A stretch of DNA of 64,000 nt from Minisyncoccia bacterium (GTDB taxonomy: Bacteria > Patescibacteriota > Minisyncoccia > Phycocordibacterales > Phycocordibacteraceae), in the NCBI GenBank assembly GCA_050011835.1, contig JBEKII010000004.1, positions 8,386-72,385 on the forward strand. The letters run 5' to 3'. Both the position numbers and the translations under genes were made by a program. Below are positions 20,013-29,699 of this stretch, piece by piece (the first letter of the stretch is position 1; each line of letters starts with the position of its first letter). The notes under the pieces are model-generated. The model saw only the letters and a list, made by a program, of their open reading frames with translations, was not told the DNA's origin and searched no databases.

Positions 20013-20101
20013 AGTCTAGAAATCAATCTTATTTATAGTTTATCATAATCGACTCTTTGGCTGGCCGTCTGGTACGACGTGGGAACCTTTTTAAAACAAA
20101 A

Positions 20102-20476
20102 CTAATCTCTGACAAGTAGGATTAACTCTCTAAGTTTTTCATTTATTCCCTCGCTGATTCGAAGCTGTTTTGGAGAAATACTATCCATCTCAATATCAGT
20201 GCTTCCTGCTGGCAAGATAAATACATTCCCGCTCTGAGAATTCTTGCCAAGGACTACTTTCATCCCCTCATTTTTAAGTCGCTCGATTATTTCATCTGTG
20301 GGAGTAGTGAGGCCCGGATATTCTTCGTCACTTGCTTTCATTTTTAAATAGGATTCTGGATCAATATTCGAAAAGGGAAAAATCTCATTGCTCTCAAAAA
20401 GTTCTTTGGCCAGAGAAATTATCTTCTCTTTTCGTGTCGGCTCTTTTTCTGAACGTGTTGGCATTCCTTCGGACAT
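20102..20476 (-). CDS. Hypothetical protein (inserted accessory gene)
   Basis: ORF with TATACT 6 nt upstream of ATG 20476; lies next to a tRNA-like fragment at 20497-20517. Confidence 0.65.
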   Translation of the reverse strand: MSEGMPTRSEKEPTRKEKIISLAKELFESNEIFPFSNIDPESYLKMKASDEEYPGLTTPTDEIIERLKNEGMKVVLGKNSQSGNVFILPAGSTDIEMDSISPKQLRISEGINEKLRELILLVRD

Positions 20477-20504
20477 ACGCGAAGTATACAGGATTTGCTG
20501 CGGG

Positions 20505-21743
20505 TCAGGGATTCGAAACAAGCTGTTTCAAATCAAATTCCGAGTCGGAGAGTTCTTTTCGTTTGGAAGAAATATCGGTGCGGTCCTGAATAAGCTTGAT
20601 GATCGTCGCCAATTCAAAGATGCGGTTCACCACAGAAACGCCCACGATTTTATCGCCATGGATAATGAGGCGTGTGCGCGAGCCCGATTCAAGCGAGCCG
20701 CGGCTCACGGTAGTTTTATCTGATGACAAACGAATGTCTCCGCCAAACGCAACATTGAGCCCAAAGCCGTGGCTGGTATAAAACGAGACCAGTTTAAAGG
20801 ATTCATGGGCTCCCGTCATATTTAAGCCGGACACCTTCCCCTGTTCTCGCGCGCTCATCCAATTGCCCGCCATGCACCGCTCATTCAAGACAGCGTCGTT
20901 ATATTCGGCAACGTCGCCCGCAGCCCAGATATCCGGCGTGTTCGTTTCTAAATACTCATTTGCCTTAATTCCGCGCCCTATTTCTACGCCGGCTGCTTTC
21001 ACCCACTCCACGAGGAAGACAACGCCTATGCCGCACAAAACCATATCGCAATCTACTTTCTCATCGTTTTTTATGACGATGCCCTCCACGCTTTCACCGC
21101 CCAAAACTTCTTTCACTTCCGATTGCCGAAAGATTTCCACGCCCGCGTCGGTAAGCGCCTTCTCCACGACGCGCCCGCTTTCTTCGTCCAGCATCGGTTC
21201 CCAAAAATATTTCTCCAGCATTACCACAGTGACTTTAATGCCGGCCGACACCAAATTTTCCATTGCTTCAAAGGCTACACAACTACTGCCGATGATTACC
21301 GCTCGCGCGGTCGTTTTCATCGCTGCCGCGATCTCTTTTGCCTCATCCAGCGTCCGCAAGTAATAAACTCCCTTTTTATCCGCGCCCACCACGGTCCATT
21401 TCCGCGCGCGCGCGCCGAGGGCCAACAGTAATTTTTCGTATCCGAACGTTTCAGTGCCGACAACAAGAGTTTTTGCCGAGGCATCCAATGCGGTTACCGA
21501 CTGTCCTTTCACCAGCATAATGCGATTCGTTTCATACCAATCCGGTGTCTTAAGCCAAATAGTCGTCTGTGGCTCCTTTTCTAAAAGAAAAGAGGGCTTG
21601 GAGAGCATGACGCGCGAGTACAGCGGATAGAGCTCGTCGGTGATGATAACGATGGAGCCGTCCGGGTCCCTCCCGCGGATGGTCTCGGCGGCAGTGGTTC
21701 CAGCGATACCGCCACCAACGATAACGTACTTATATTTTTGCAT
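20505..21743 (-). CDS. NAD(P)/FAD-dependent oxidoreductase (ferredoxin/rubredoxin reductase-like)
   Basis: IVGGGIAG, YSRVMLSK, YLRT, TNTPDIWAAGDVA. Confidence 0.9.
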   Translation of the reverse strand: MQKYKYVIVGGGIAGTTAAETIRGRDPDGSIVIITDELYPLYSRVMLSKPSFLLEKEPQTTIWLKTPDWYETNRIMLVKGQSVTALDASAKTLVVGTETFGYEKLLLALGARARKWTVVGADKKGVYYLRTLDEAKEIAAAMKTTARAVIIGSSCVAFEAMENLVSAGIKVTVVMLEKYFWEPMLDEESGRVVEKALTDAGVEIFRQSEVKEVLGGESVEGIVIKNDEKVDCDMVLCGIGVVFLVEWVKAAGVEIGRGIKANEYLETNTPDIWAAGDVAEYNDAVLNERCMAGNWMSAREQGKVSGLNMTGAHESFKLVSFYTSHGFGLNVAFGGDIRLSSDKTTVSRGSLESGSRTRLIIHGDKIVGVSVVNRIFELATIIKLIQDRTDISSKRKELSDSEFDLKQLVSNP

Positions 21744-21748
21744 ACTGA

Positions 21749-22009
21749 CTACTTCGGAAAAATTTGTCTGCCGTCCTTGTCGAAAAGCAGAATCGCCTTC
21801 GTCGGGCAGGATTCGGCGGCCATGATGAGCATGTCGTCGTCAGCCGCGTCCGGCCCCTTCGCCACGACTTTGTTTTCGCCGTCCAGTTCAAACGTCTCTG
21901 AGGAAACAGCGACGCAAGAGACCGCGCCGATGCATAAGTCACGGTCAATGGCGATTTCTCCGATTTTAGAACCCGGTCTGTTGCGCGGATATTTTTTTAC
22001 GTTAGACAT
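21749..22009 (-). CDS. Monocluster ferredoxin (probably 3Fe-4S)
   Basis: CIGAVSC...AAESCPTKAI. Confidence 0.88.
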   Translation of the reverse strand: MSNVKKYPRNRPGSKIGEIAIDRDLCIGAVSCVAVSSETFELDGENKVVAKGPDAADDDMLIMAAESCPTKAILLFDKDGRQIFPK

Positions 22010-22039
22010 TTTTATCCATTCTATTTCTAAACGATTTTA

Positions 22040-22711
22040 TTATACGTTATATTTTTCCCGATAAAAACGTATGAGTTCCTCAACGGCGGGAATACATCGC
22101 GGGTAGCCGATGCCGACCTTGGTTCTTTTCTGCACCGCCTCAAGCGTCGTTGCGCCATCAATAATCGCCTCTTCAATGTCAGCCTCGGTCACTTTTGTGT
22201 GGGGGTCAATAAAGCGTGTGCCTTCAGTAACAATCCGAGAGAGCTGGCCTGTTTTTTTAAACCAATCGTTTACGGCCGCGCGGAACGCCTTATCGCCTAG
22301 CACAGAACAATGAATTTTTCTGTCCGGCAACCCACCAAGTCGTTTCATGATGTCTTGCGGCTTTACTTTGAGCGCTTTGTCTATTTTCATGCCGCCTTTT
22401 TCGGTCATCATTACGGAGAGCATGGAGGTCGCAGCGATTGCCGAGGCGCATCCGAACGTGCGCCATTTGAACTTGATTATTTTATCTTTTTTGCAGTCAA
22501 TCTTAAGCCACACGCGCATCACGTCGCCGCATGCCGGACTGCCGACGATTCCTTCCGCGTCATATGCGAAAGTATCAGAATTTTCCAGAAGGAGATTCCG
22601 CGGCTTAAAAAAATGATTCTTGACAGCATTAGAATACACCCAACTTCCGCCGGCGATTTTATTTATCACGTCGGGCTTCATTTTTTTCTTTTTAATCTTT
22701 GTCGTTTTCAT
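22040..22711 (-). CDS. NifU/IscU-type scaffold with degenerate C-terminal BFD-like domain
   Basis: GSPACGD, TFGCASA, RKIHCS. Confidence 0.88.
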   Translation of the reverse strand: MKTTKIKKKKMKPDVINKIAGGSWVYSNAVKNHFFKPRNLLLENSDTFAYDAEGIVGSPACGDVMRVWLKIDCKKDKIIKFKWRTFGCASAIAATSMLSVMMTEKGGMKIDKALKVKPQDIMKRLGGLPDRKIHCSVLGDKAFRAAVNDWFKKTGQLSRIVTEGTRFIDPHTKVTEADIEEAIIDGATTLEAVQKRTKVGIGYPRCIPAVEELIRFYREKYNV

Positions 22712-22714
22712 TGT

Positions 22715-23896
22715 TTAGTACTTAATACTCAAAGGCGAGATCCGCCGGAGCTTAGCCACAATCGGAGGCAATTCGCGAAGTACGTAATTTATATCAGACA
22801 CTGTCGTTTCTCTGCCCAACGTAAAACGGATGCTCCCGTGAACGTGTTCGTAGGGACTGCCCAGTGCCATTAATACAGAGGATGGCTCCAAACTTTCTGA
22901 ATTGCACGCCGAGCCGGTGTTCACGAAGATTTCCTTTCCATCAAGATAAAGAAGTATCGCCTCGCCTTCTACGTCCAGAAAAGAAACATTCAGGAAGTTC
23001 GGCAAACGTCTGGTTTTATTGCCGTTCAGTACGACCTTCGGGATGGTTTTGAATATTCCCGCCTCCAATCTGTCCCTTAATTTTTTCACGCGCGCGGACT
23101 CGGCCTTCCGATATCTTTGCGCCAAAGATATTGCCCTGCCAAAGCCGACAATCGCCGGTACGTTCTCCGTTCCTGCTCTTAACCCTCTTTGCTGGCCGCC
23201 GCCAAAAATGATGGGTTCAATCGCGATGCCACGTCGCACATACAGACCGCCTATACCTTTCGGCCCGTATACTTTATGTCCCGAGAGCGTGAGCAGGTCC
23301 ACGCCAAGTTTCTTTACGTTGATATCCAGACAAAGCGCCGCTTGGCTCGCGTCGGTGTGAAGATAGGGCATAGGATTTTTTTTGCGGAATGCTTTGATAA
23401 TTTCGGAAATTTCTGCGATGGGCTGAATAGTTCCGGTCTCCGAATCCGCGCACGTTACTGACACCAAAACAGTTTTATCATCCAAAAACTTTGCGAGCTC
23501 TGCGGGATTAACAAGTCCATTTTTACCGACCGGCAGTTCAACTATTTCAAAATCTTCTTTCTTTAGAGCGTTACAGGCAGCATGTATTCCCTTATGCTCT
23601 ATAGCGGAAACGATAATCTTATTCCCCCATTCTCTGTTCGCCCTCGCGACACCCAAGATAGCGAGATTGTCCGCCTCCGTGGCGGAACCGGTGAAAATAA
23701 ATTCGTCCAGCGCACAATTCAGAGCCGCGACTATCTCCCGCGTTGCCTCTATAAGCGCTCTTTTTGCCTTGAGGCCAAAGGCGTAAGGGTTGGATGGATT
23801 ACCGAATTTTTTGGTGAAATACGGCAGCATCGCATGAAACACCCGACGGTCGACTGGCGTTGTCGCGGCATAATCAAGATAGATTTTTCTCTTCAT
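22715..23896 (-). CDS. iscS: Cysteine desulfurase (IscS/NifS)
   Basis: YLDYAATTP, SGHKVYGPKG, TGSAC. Confidence 0.92.
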   Translation of the reverse strand: MKRKIYLDYAATTPVDRRVFHAMLPYFTKKFGNPSNPYAFGLKAKRALIEATREIVAALNCALDEFIFTGSATEADNLAILGVARANREWGNKIIVSAIEHKGIHAACNALKKEDFEIVELPVGKNGLVNPAELAKFLDDKTVLVSVTCADSETGTIQPIAEISEIIKAFRKKNPMPYLHTDASQAALCLDINVKKLGVDLLTLSGHKVYGPKGIGGLYVRRGIAIEPIIFGGGQQRGLRAGTENVPAIVGFGRAISLAQRYRKAESARVKKLRDRLEAGIFKTIPKVVLNGNKTRRLPNFLNVSFLDVEGEAILLYLDGKEIFVNTGSACNSESLEPSSVLMALGSPYEHVHGSIRFTLGRETTVSDINYVLRELPPIVAKLRRISPLSIKY

Positions 23897-23942
23897 TTCA
23901 GGGCAACTCTATCATAAGCGACAATTGCTATAATCACTCCGC

Positions 23943-24707
23943 ATGGCAAATGAATTCCCTGCAACAAGTCATTTTATGGACGGCGTCCTTCGCTGCAGCC
24001 GCTACGCCTTCGGGCCGAATCGTCTCCATTACTGTGGCCCCGATGCTAATTGTGAAATCCATTCGTATATCAACGAGAGCGCAAGCGACCCGGGCCTAAG
24101 ACAATTGTTGCGTGAATTTCAAACAATGTTTCCCTATTTGCGACACATTGCGGATGTAAATGGCATACCAGACCCGTTTGATGAGCGCGTCGTCGAGGCC
24201 TATTGGCTCGGCAACGAACTCCTAGAAAAAATCAACGCGCACGCGTTCTATCGCCATCTCATTGAAGACCAGAGAATAAGAGACAAGATTGGCGCAAAAT
24301 CATTTGAGCTTGTTGCACAAAAAATCGGCCAAGGGGCGGTTCCGCACCATTCGTTCCACGTCTTTGATGTCTGGAAGCGCGCGGGGCGCGCTGACCATGA
24401 ACATACGCTGGAGTGGATGGATGAATGCCGCATAAGCTGGGGCACCGTCCTCACCGTTGACGGGCCGACACTCACCGTCCTTACCGAGCCGCTCACTCTA
24501 ACGCAAGGGAAATTTGCTCTCGGTAATCCCATGGAAAGAAAGTTGGTACGGCGACTTGAGGCCGAATACGATATTGAACAAGTTAAGCCAAACAATATCG
24601 TGTCCATCCACTGGGGCGTTCCCTGTGAAGTGATAAGTAGGCACCAAGCGGCCATGCTCAAAAAGTACACGCTCCGCCACATCTATTTTGCAAATCAGAC
24701 CATTTAA
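23943..24707 (+). CDS. DUF6390-like protein
   Basis: RYAFGPNRLHYCGP, RVVEAYWLGN, PHHSFHV, CRISWG, VSIHWG. Confidence 0.75.
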   Translation: MANEFPATSHFMDGVLRCSRYAFGPNRLHYCGPDANCEIHSYINESASDPGLRQLLREFQTMFPYLRHIADVNGIPDPFDERVVEAYWLGNELLEKINAHAFYRHLIEDQRIRDKIGAKSFELVAQKIGQGAVPHHSFHVFDVWKRAGRADHEHTLEWMDECRISWGTVLTVDGPTLTVLTEPLTLTQGKFALGNPMERKLVRRLEAEYDIEQVKPNNIVSIHWGVPCEVISRHQAAMLKKYTLRHIYFANQTI

Positions 24708-24754
24708 GTATAGAGTCGCGGCAGAATGTTCCAAATTGAAAGGGGGTGATATTA

Positions 24755-25288
24755 ATGATGGGAGAACGGACAAAGGAACAGACGGGGGAACAATTGTTCC
24801 TCCATTATGCGTGGCCTTGTGCCGACGCTAAATTGGCTAGCGGAGAGATTAACCAAGGACAATTCCTTGAACTTGAGCGGCTTATTAAAAACAATGAGCA
24901 GCCGCCGCGCGAGTTGCTTCTTTTCTGCTTCACGAACGCTGTCCGCCGACAGAGAGAATTTGCAAAGGCAAATGAACTTAAGACGTGGGCGCCAGGTACC
25001 GTTCAAGTCTTCTGGCGGTACCATCATAATGATTACGAACACCAAAAGGAATGCCAGGTGCACCGCTGCGCCGTAGAAAAAGTCGACGATACAAAAACCG
25101 TTGTCGTATGCGAGGGAGAACGGTTTAATGTAATCAATTTTTACAATCTCCCTCTTCGAGACGGCCAAGTTGTCTTCGTTCACAGACGAGTGGTCGTCGA
25201 AATCAAGAGGATATCATCCTGGTGCCGCCTTTTTGTTGGGCCATCGTGGTTCAGCGGAGGGCGGCATATTTTGTGGAATGGCATATGA
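24755..25288 (+). CDS. Hypothetical protein, distantly DUF6390-like with HypC-like C-terminal beta domain
   Basis: YAWPC, FWRYHH, L..G.VVFVHRRVV. Confidence 0.55.
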   Translation: MMGERTKEQTGEQLFLHYAWPCADAKLASGEINQGQFLELERLIKNNEQPPRELLLFCFTNAVRRQREFAKANELKTWAPGTVQVFWRYHHNDYEHQKECQVHRCAVEKVDDTKTVVVCEGERFNVINFYNLPLRDGQVVFVHRRVVVEIKRISSWCRLFVGPSWFSGGRHILWNGI

Positions 25289-25297
25289 TGAAACCGC

Positions 25298-25675
25298 ATG
25301 ATTATTTATGTATTCGGTAATCCCGACCTGCCTGCCGATTCACTGCCTTTGAAAATTCTGCCTGAACTCAAAAAACGTTTCCCGCAACTGCAGTTTGCGG
25401 TCAAGGACCCTCATGAAGAATGGGATTGCCCCGAAACGGTTACGGTCATTGATACCGTCAAAGGAATTGGCAACGTAACCGTTTTTGAAGACCTTACAAA
25501 ATTTGCCTCCGCGCCGAGCCTGACGCTCCATGATTTTGACGCTCTCGCAAATCTCCGTTATCTCCAAAAACTCGGTAAACTTAAGAAAATAAAAATTATC
25601 GGTATGCCTGCGGAAATGCACCTCAATAAAGCGCTCGCCTCCGTTGCAGAAAAGATTAAGCGCGAGTGCGCTTGA
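25298..25675 (+). CDS. Hydrogenase maturation protease-like protein
   Basis: YVFGNP....DS, VIDTV, LHDFD, IIGMP resemble HycI/HybD motifs. Confidence 0.65.
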   Translation: MIIYVFGNPDLPADSLPLKILPELKKRFPQLQFAVKDPHEEWDCPETVTVIDTVKGIGNVTVFEDLTKFASAPSLTLHDFDALANLRYLQKLGKLKKIKIIGMPAEMHLNKALASVAEKIKRECA

Positions 25676-25922
25676 TTGCTGCGGCGAGACGCGATTTCTT
25701 GCGGGCGGCGGTGTTTGTCTTAATAACGCCGCGCTTGCGGGCCTTGTCGATTGCGGCATAAGCCAAAGGAAGGAGTTTTTCCGCTCCGGCAATATCTTTG
25801 GCGGCGAGCGCCTTCATGAGCGACTTGCTTGCATCATGAAGCGCACCCTTGCGACGTAAATTGAAGACGTGTTTTCTCGCCGAAGAACGAATCGCCCTTT
25901 TTGCGGAACTCGTAATTGCCAT
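25656..25922 (-). CDS. rpsT: 30S ribosomal protein S20
   Basis: SAKRAIR...IDKARKRGVIKTNTAARKKSRL. Confidence 0.95.
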   Translation of the reverse strand: MAITSSAKRAIRSSARKHVFNLRRKGALHDASKSLMKALAAKDIAGAEKLLPLAYAAIDKARKRGVIKTNTAARKKSRLAAAIKRTRA

Positions 25923-25977
25923 GTGCGCCTAATGTAATGTATACGCGACATAAGCGCAAGAGTGATAGGATACCAGC

Positions 25978-26526
25978 ATGATTCGGCAAATTCGCGGGAA
26001 GGTGCTTGAAGTCGGAATAGCGCGTGCCGTTATTGAAGTTGCGGGCCTCGGTATTGAAGTACATATGAGTGCGCCACAAACGCTCTCCATAGGCGACGAG
26101 GTTTGTCTTGCGACACATCTAGCGGTCAAGCAGGACGGTATGAATCTTTACGGTTTCTCTGATCCGGCCGACCGAGATTTCTTTGAACTCACTCTCTCGG
26201 TCTCGGGCATCGGTCCGAAGACCGCGCTCGGAATATTGCGCCGCGCGCCGCGCGAAGCGCTCGAAGGCGCCATTGGAAAGCGCGATCTTACGTACCTCAC
26301 AAAAGTCGTCGGACTCGGTAAAAAGAGCGCGGAGAAATTACTGGTGGAACTTGCCGAAAAGGTCGGACCGCGTGCGCACGATAACGCAGACAACGAGGTT
26401 TTTGATACACTCATCGCACTTGGCTACACCGAACGAGAAGCGCGCACGGCTTTGCAAGCCATTCCTGATGACGTCATCGGCAAGGATATGCGTCTCAAGG
26501 CCGCGCTCTCAAACGGCCATTCGTAA
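25978..26526 (+). CDS. ruvA: Holliday junction protein RuvA
   Basis: MIRQIRG, LYGF, VSGIGPKTAL, LGKKSAE. Confidence 0.95.
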   Translation: MIRQIRGKVLEVGIARAVIEVAGLGIEVHMSAPQTLSIGDEVCLATHLAVKQDGMNLYGFSDPADRDFFELTLSVSGIGPKTALGILRRAPREALEGAIGKRDLTYLTKVVGLGKKSAEKLLVELAEKVGPRAHDNADNEVFDTLIALGYTEREARTALQAIPDDVIGKDMRLKAALSNGHS

Positions 26527-26538
26527 TCTTCTTTCGAT

Positions 26539-27834
26539 ATGTATGAGCTAGTCGACCGAATTGTCCGCGTCCTGAAAAAAATTGTGCCGGAGCCGGTGGT
26601 ACGTCCGTTGCGACCTGCGTATCATCGCGCGCTCGCGTATTTTATGGCGTTTTCATACGACTTCCCCGCACGAAAGCTCACAGTCATCGGCGTCACGGGA
26701 ACAAAAGGAAAATCGACGGTCGCCGAAATGCTTTTCGCAATCTTGCGCGAGGCAGGATACAAGACAGCGCTTATCTCCACCGTCCGGTTTGCGATTAAGG
26801 ACGACTCAGAGCCAAATCAGTATAAAATGACGTCGCCGGGCCGCGGTTTTATCCAGGCATTTATGCATCGGGCGCTAAAGGCAGAATGCACACATATCGT
26901 CATTGAAATAAGCTCTGAGAGCGTCCTGCAGTATCGGCACTGGTTCCTTGAACTTGACGGACTTATCGTAACGAACATTCAACGAGAACACATTGAAAGC
27001 CACGGCTCGTTCGCGAACTATGTCGCTGCAAAACGCGCCATAGTCACCGCACTTGTTCGCTCGCACAAACGTTTCCGCGTCCTTGTCGCAAATGAAGATA
27101 TCCCCGAGAGCCGTGCTTTTCTTTCTGCTCATGTTTCAAGTACGATTGGATTTAGCGCGCACGAGCTCCAGCGCGTTTCCGGAAACGAACAAAACATCAA
27201 TTTTGAATATGCTGGGATACCCTTTTCTCTTCCGATACCGGGTATCTTCAATGCAATGAATGCGCTTGCTGCGGTGAAGCTTAGTGCCGTATTGGGTATT
27301 TCACTCACAGTCGCCGCGGTCGCGCTAAAGAAGCTTCAGACTGTGCGCGGCCGTGTTGAACGCATTGAAGCGGGACAGGACTTTCTTGTCATCGTTGACT
27401 ATGCGCACACGCCAGACTCGCTCCGCGCTCTGTACGGAATATTCACTTCCCGACCAGCGGATTCAACGCGCAAATTGATTTGCGTGTTAGGAAATACGGG
27501 TGGCGGACGCGATACGTGGAAACGGCCGGAGATGGGCCGCATTGCCGACGAAGAATGCGAGAAAGTTATTCTTACAAACGAAGACTCGTATGATGAAGAC
27601 CCGTCAGAAATTGTGGCGGCGATGGCGCGCGGAATGAAGCGTGCGCCGGAAATCATTATGGATCGACGTATGGCGATACGTGCGGCGCTCCGCGCCGCAC
27701 AAAGAGGCGATGTGGTTTTCATCACCGGTAAGGGCACCGACCCGTTCATTATGGGGGCGCACGGAGCGAAAATTCCGTGGAGCGACGCAGATGTCGTCCG
27801 CGAGGAACTTGAGCGGCTTCTTAAAAAAGTTTGA
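26539..27834 (+). CDS. murE: Mur ligase (MurE-like)
   Basis: GVTGTKGKST, VDYAHTPD, GGGRD..KR, GKG. Confidence 0.8.
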   Translation: MYELVDRIVRVLKKIVPEPVVRPLRPAYHRALAYFMAFSYDFPARKLTVIGVTGTKGKSTVAEMLFAILREAGYKTALISTVRFAIKDDSEPNQYKMTSPGRGFIQAFMHRALKAECTHIVIEISSESVLQYRHWFLELDGLIVTNIQREHIESHGSFANYVAAKRAIVTALVRSHKRFRVLVANEDIPESRAFLSAHVSSTIGFSAHELQRVSGNEQNINFEYAGIPFSLPIPGIFNAMNALAAVKLSAVLGISLTVAAVALKKLQTVRGRVERIEAGQDFLVIVDYAHTPDSLRALYGIFTSRPADSTRKLICVLGNTGGGRDTWKRPEMGRIADEECEKVILTNEDSYDEDPSEIVAAMARGMKRAPEIIMDRRMAIRAALRAAQRGDVVFITGKGTDPFIMGAHGAKIPWSDADVVREELERLLKKV

Positions 27835-27846
27835 TACTATACCGTT

Positions 27847-28800
27847 ATGGGTGATATGCATGACGCGTGGTTTTTTATAGGTATATTCGTTTTCATATTC
27901 ATTATTTGGATCGCGGTTGGCGGTCCGACGCATCCGCTCGCATTTACCGGTCTGGCGCTCTCGCAACCGTCTCCTCTCGGCAACGGCACTTATCTGCAGC
28001 TTCCGAAAGCGCCCTTTAGTATTGGCGGCGCAACGGTCTCCCTTCCCGGGTCATCCAACGGAAATTCTTCTGGAAATTCAGCGTCGGCACCCTCACTCGG
28101 AAACGGGAATTTTTTTGGTTCCCCCTCGATATATCGCGGCATCGTTTCTTTAGACCACTACGTCTCCGGTGCCGGCTCGTCAAATCTAGAGAACGAATAT
28201 ATTGAATTGTCAGTCGCACAAAACGCTGGCGTGCCGGTTGATCTCTCCGGGTGGACGCTCTCAAGCGACGCAACGGGCAATGCCGCAATCATTCCCAAAG
28301 GTACTGAAATCCCAACGTCGGGCATCGTGAATGCCGCGCAGGATATCGTGCTCACTCCAGGAGAGCGGGCGATTATCATTTCCGGGCAATCGCCTATCGG
28401 CGCCTCTTTCCGCGAAAATAAATGCATCGGCTATTTTGGTAATTTCCAGACATTCTCCCCGCCTCTGCCACAGAACTGCCCTGAGCCATCCGATGAACTT
28501 TCTTCATTTTATGGTGCCGGCTACATCCGCGATGATGCTTGTATTGAATATGTAAAGACGCTGTCGCGCTGCCAGATCGCGCTCACGCCGCCGATCGGCG
28601 CTTCAAGCGCATGTCAGGGTTTCTTGGAGAAATATATGAATTACAACGGTTGCGTTACCGCGCACCAGAACGATGCCGATTTTGAGGGCGACACCTGGCG
28701 AATTTATCTTGGCCGTTCGGATTCAATGTGGCGTACCAGAAATGAATTGGTAAAGCTTCTGGATGCGAAGGGCGATACGGTGGACGCGTTCAGCTACTAG
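27847..28800 (+). CDS. Membrane-anchored Cys-rich protein with lamin-tail-like domain
   Basis: N-terminal TM, EYIEL...VDLSGWTL, LLDAKG..VD. Confidence 0.65.
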   Translation: MGDMHDAWFFIGIFVFIFIIWIAVGGPTHPLAFTGLALSQPSPLGNGTYLQLPKAPFSIGGATVSLPGSSNGNSSGNSASAPSLGNGNFFGSPSIYRGIVSLDHYVSGAGSSNLENEYIELSVAQNAGVPVDLSGWTLSSDATGNAAIIPKGTEIPTSGIVNAAQDIVLTPGERAIIISGQSPIGASFRENKCIGYFGNFQTFSPPLPQNCPEPSDELSSFYGAGYIRDDACIEYVKTLSRCQIALTPPIGASSACQGFLEKYMNYNGCVTAHQNDADFEGDTWRIYLGRSDSMWRTRNELVKLLDAKGDTVDAFSY

Positions 28801-28844
28801 AAAAAACGAGGTGAAAAAGGTAGATTACGAATACGCGTCCATTC

Positions 28845-28917
28845 GCGCCCATAGCTCAGTTGGTAGAGCAGCTCCCTTTTAAGGAGAAGGTCGCAGGATC
28901 GTAACCTGCTGGGCGCA
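28845..28917 (+). tRNA. tRNA-Lys(TTT)
   Basis: GCGCCCATAGCTCAGTTGGTAGAGCA, CTCC-CTTTTAA-GGAG; atypical T-loop ATCGTAA. Confidence 0.88.
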
Positions 28918-28928
28918 CAAAAAAGAAA

Positions 28929-28957
28929 TGGTACGTGCAGATCCTCTGCGCGTACCA
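28929..28957. terminator. Terminator-like hairpin
   Basis: TGGTACGTGCAGA-TCC-TCTGCGCGTACCA preceded by an A-run, between the tRNA and a convergent gene. Confidence 0.6.
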
Positions 28958-28976
28958 CCCCATTAGCTGGGATCTG

Positions 28977-29573
28977 TCAGTTTATAGAATCGACTTCGCC
29001 TCGAAGTCTCGCCTTCTCCAATTCGGTCTCATTCTTAATCCATTGCCTCATAGAAATACCCTTCGGCAATTTATACACAATCACCGCTTGAGTATAACTA
29101 TAGTAAGAAAGTAGGAAGCGAACCGAATCGGCTTTCTCCCCAAGCCGTTCCGTGATTGTTCCGACCGAAGGCGTATATCCGGTTCGGAAATCGTGATGAG
29201 GAATTGTGCCAGAAATCCTCTTAATCCTTGCAACGGGCGGCCCCCAAAAGAAGAATTTCTTCCTCCACTTTTTGATCTCACCAATCACTTCTTCCCCCTT
29301 CTCATTGAGAAGGGTGATTTTCTCCCACATCCGCGAGAACATTTCAATATCAATGGAATGGAGAAAATAGTTGAGGATGGAAGACTCCACCCTCGAGACA
29401 TAGACTTGTGCGATTGGTTCGTTCACGTGTTTTCTGATCCACGGGAACTCTTCCAAGAATGCTTGGACCTTGGTCGGTGGCATTGGAACAGGATCCATCC
29501 CCACACGAGTACCGTGTTGTTGCTTTTCGTAAAGATCTTTTTGCGTTAACATCTTGGCCTCCTTTGGCGTCAC
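28977..29573 (-). CDS. Hypothetical protein
   Basis: 198-aa ORF next to tRNA-Lys; no recognised motif. Confidence 0.65.
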   Translation of the reverse strand: MTPKEAKMLTQKDLYEKQQHGTRVGMDPVPMPPTKVQAFLEEFPWIRKHVNEPIAQVYVSRVESSILNYFLHSIDIEMFSRMWEKITLLNEKGEEVIGEIKKWRKKFFFWGPPVARIKRISGTIPHHDFRTGYTPSVGTITERLGEKADSVRFLLSYYSYTQAVIVYKLPKGISMRQWIKNETELEKARLRGEVDSIN

Positions 29574-29699
29574 GCCGGTTTTCGAATAAAGAGCGTCGCG
29601 CTCGTTATCCTAGGTTTGTTATCAAGGTGCGAGAAGCGCACCGGCCATGCCAGAAGTCTCTGGCTCCGCCAAAAGAGTATCATACAAGATATTAGGTTG

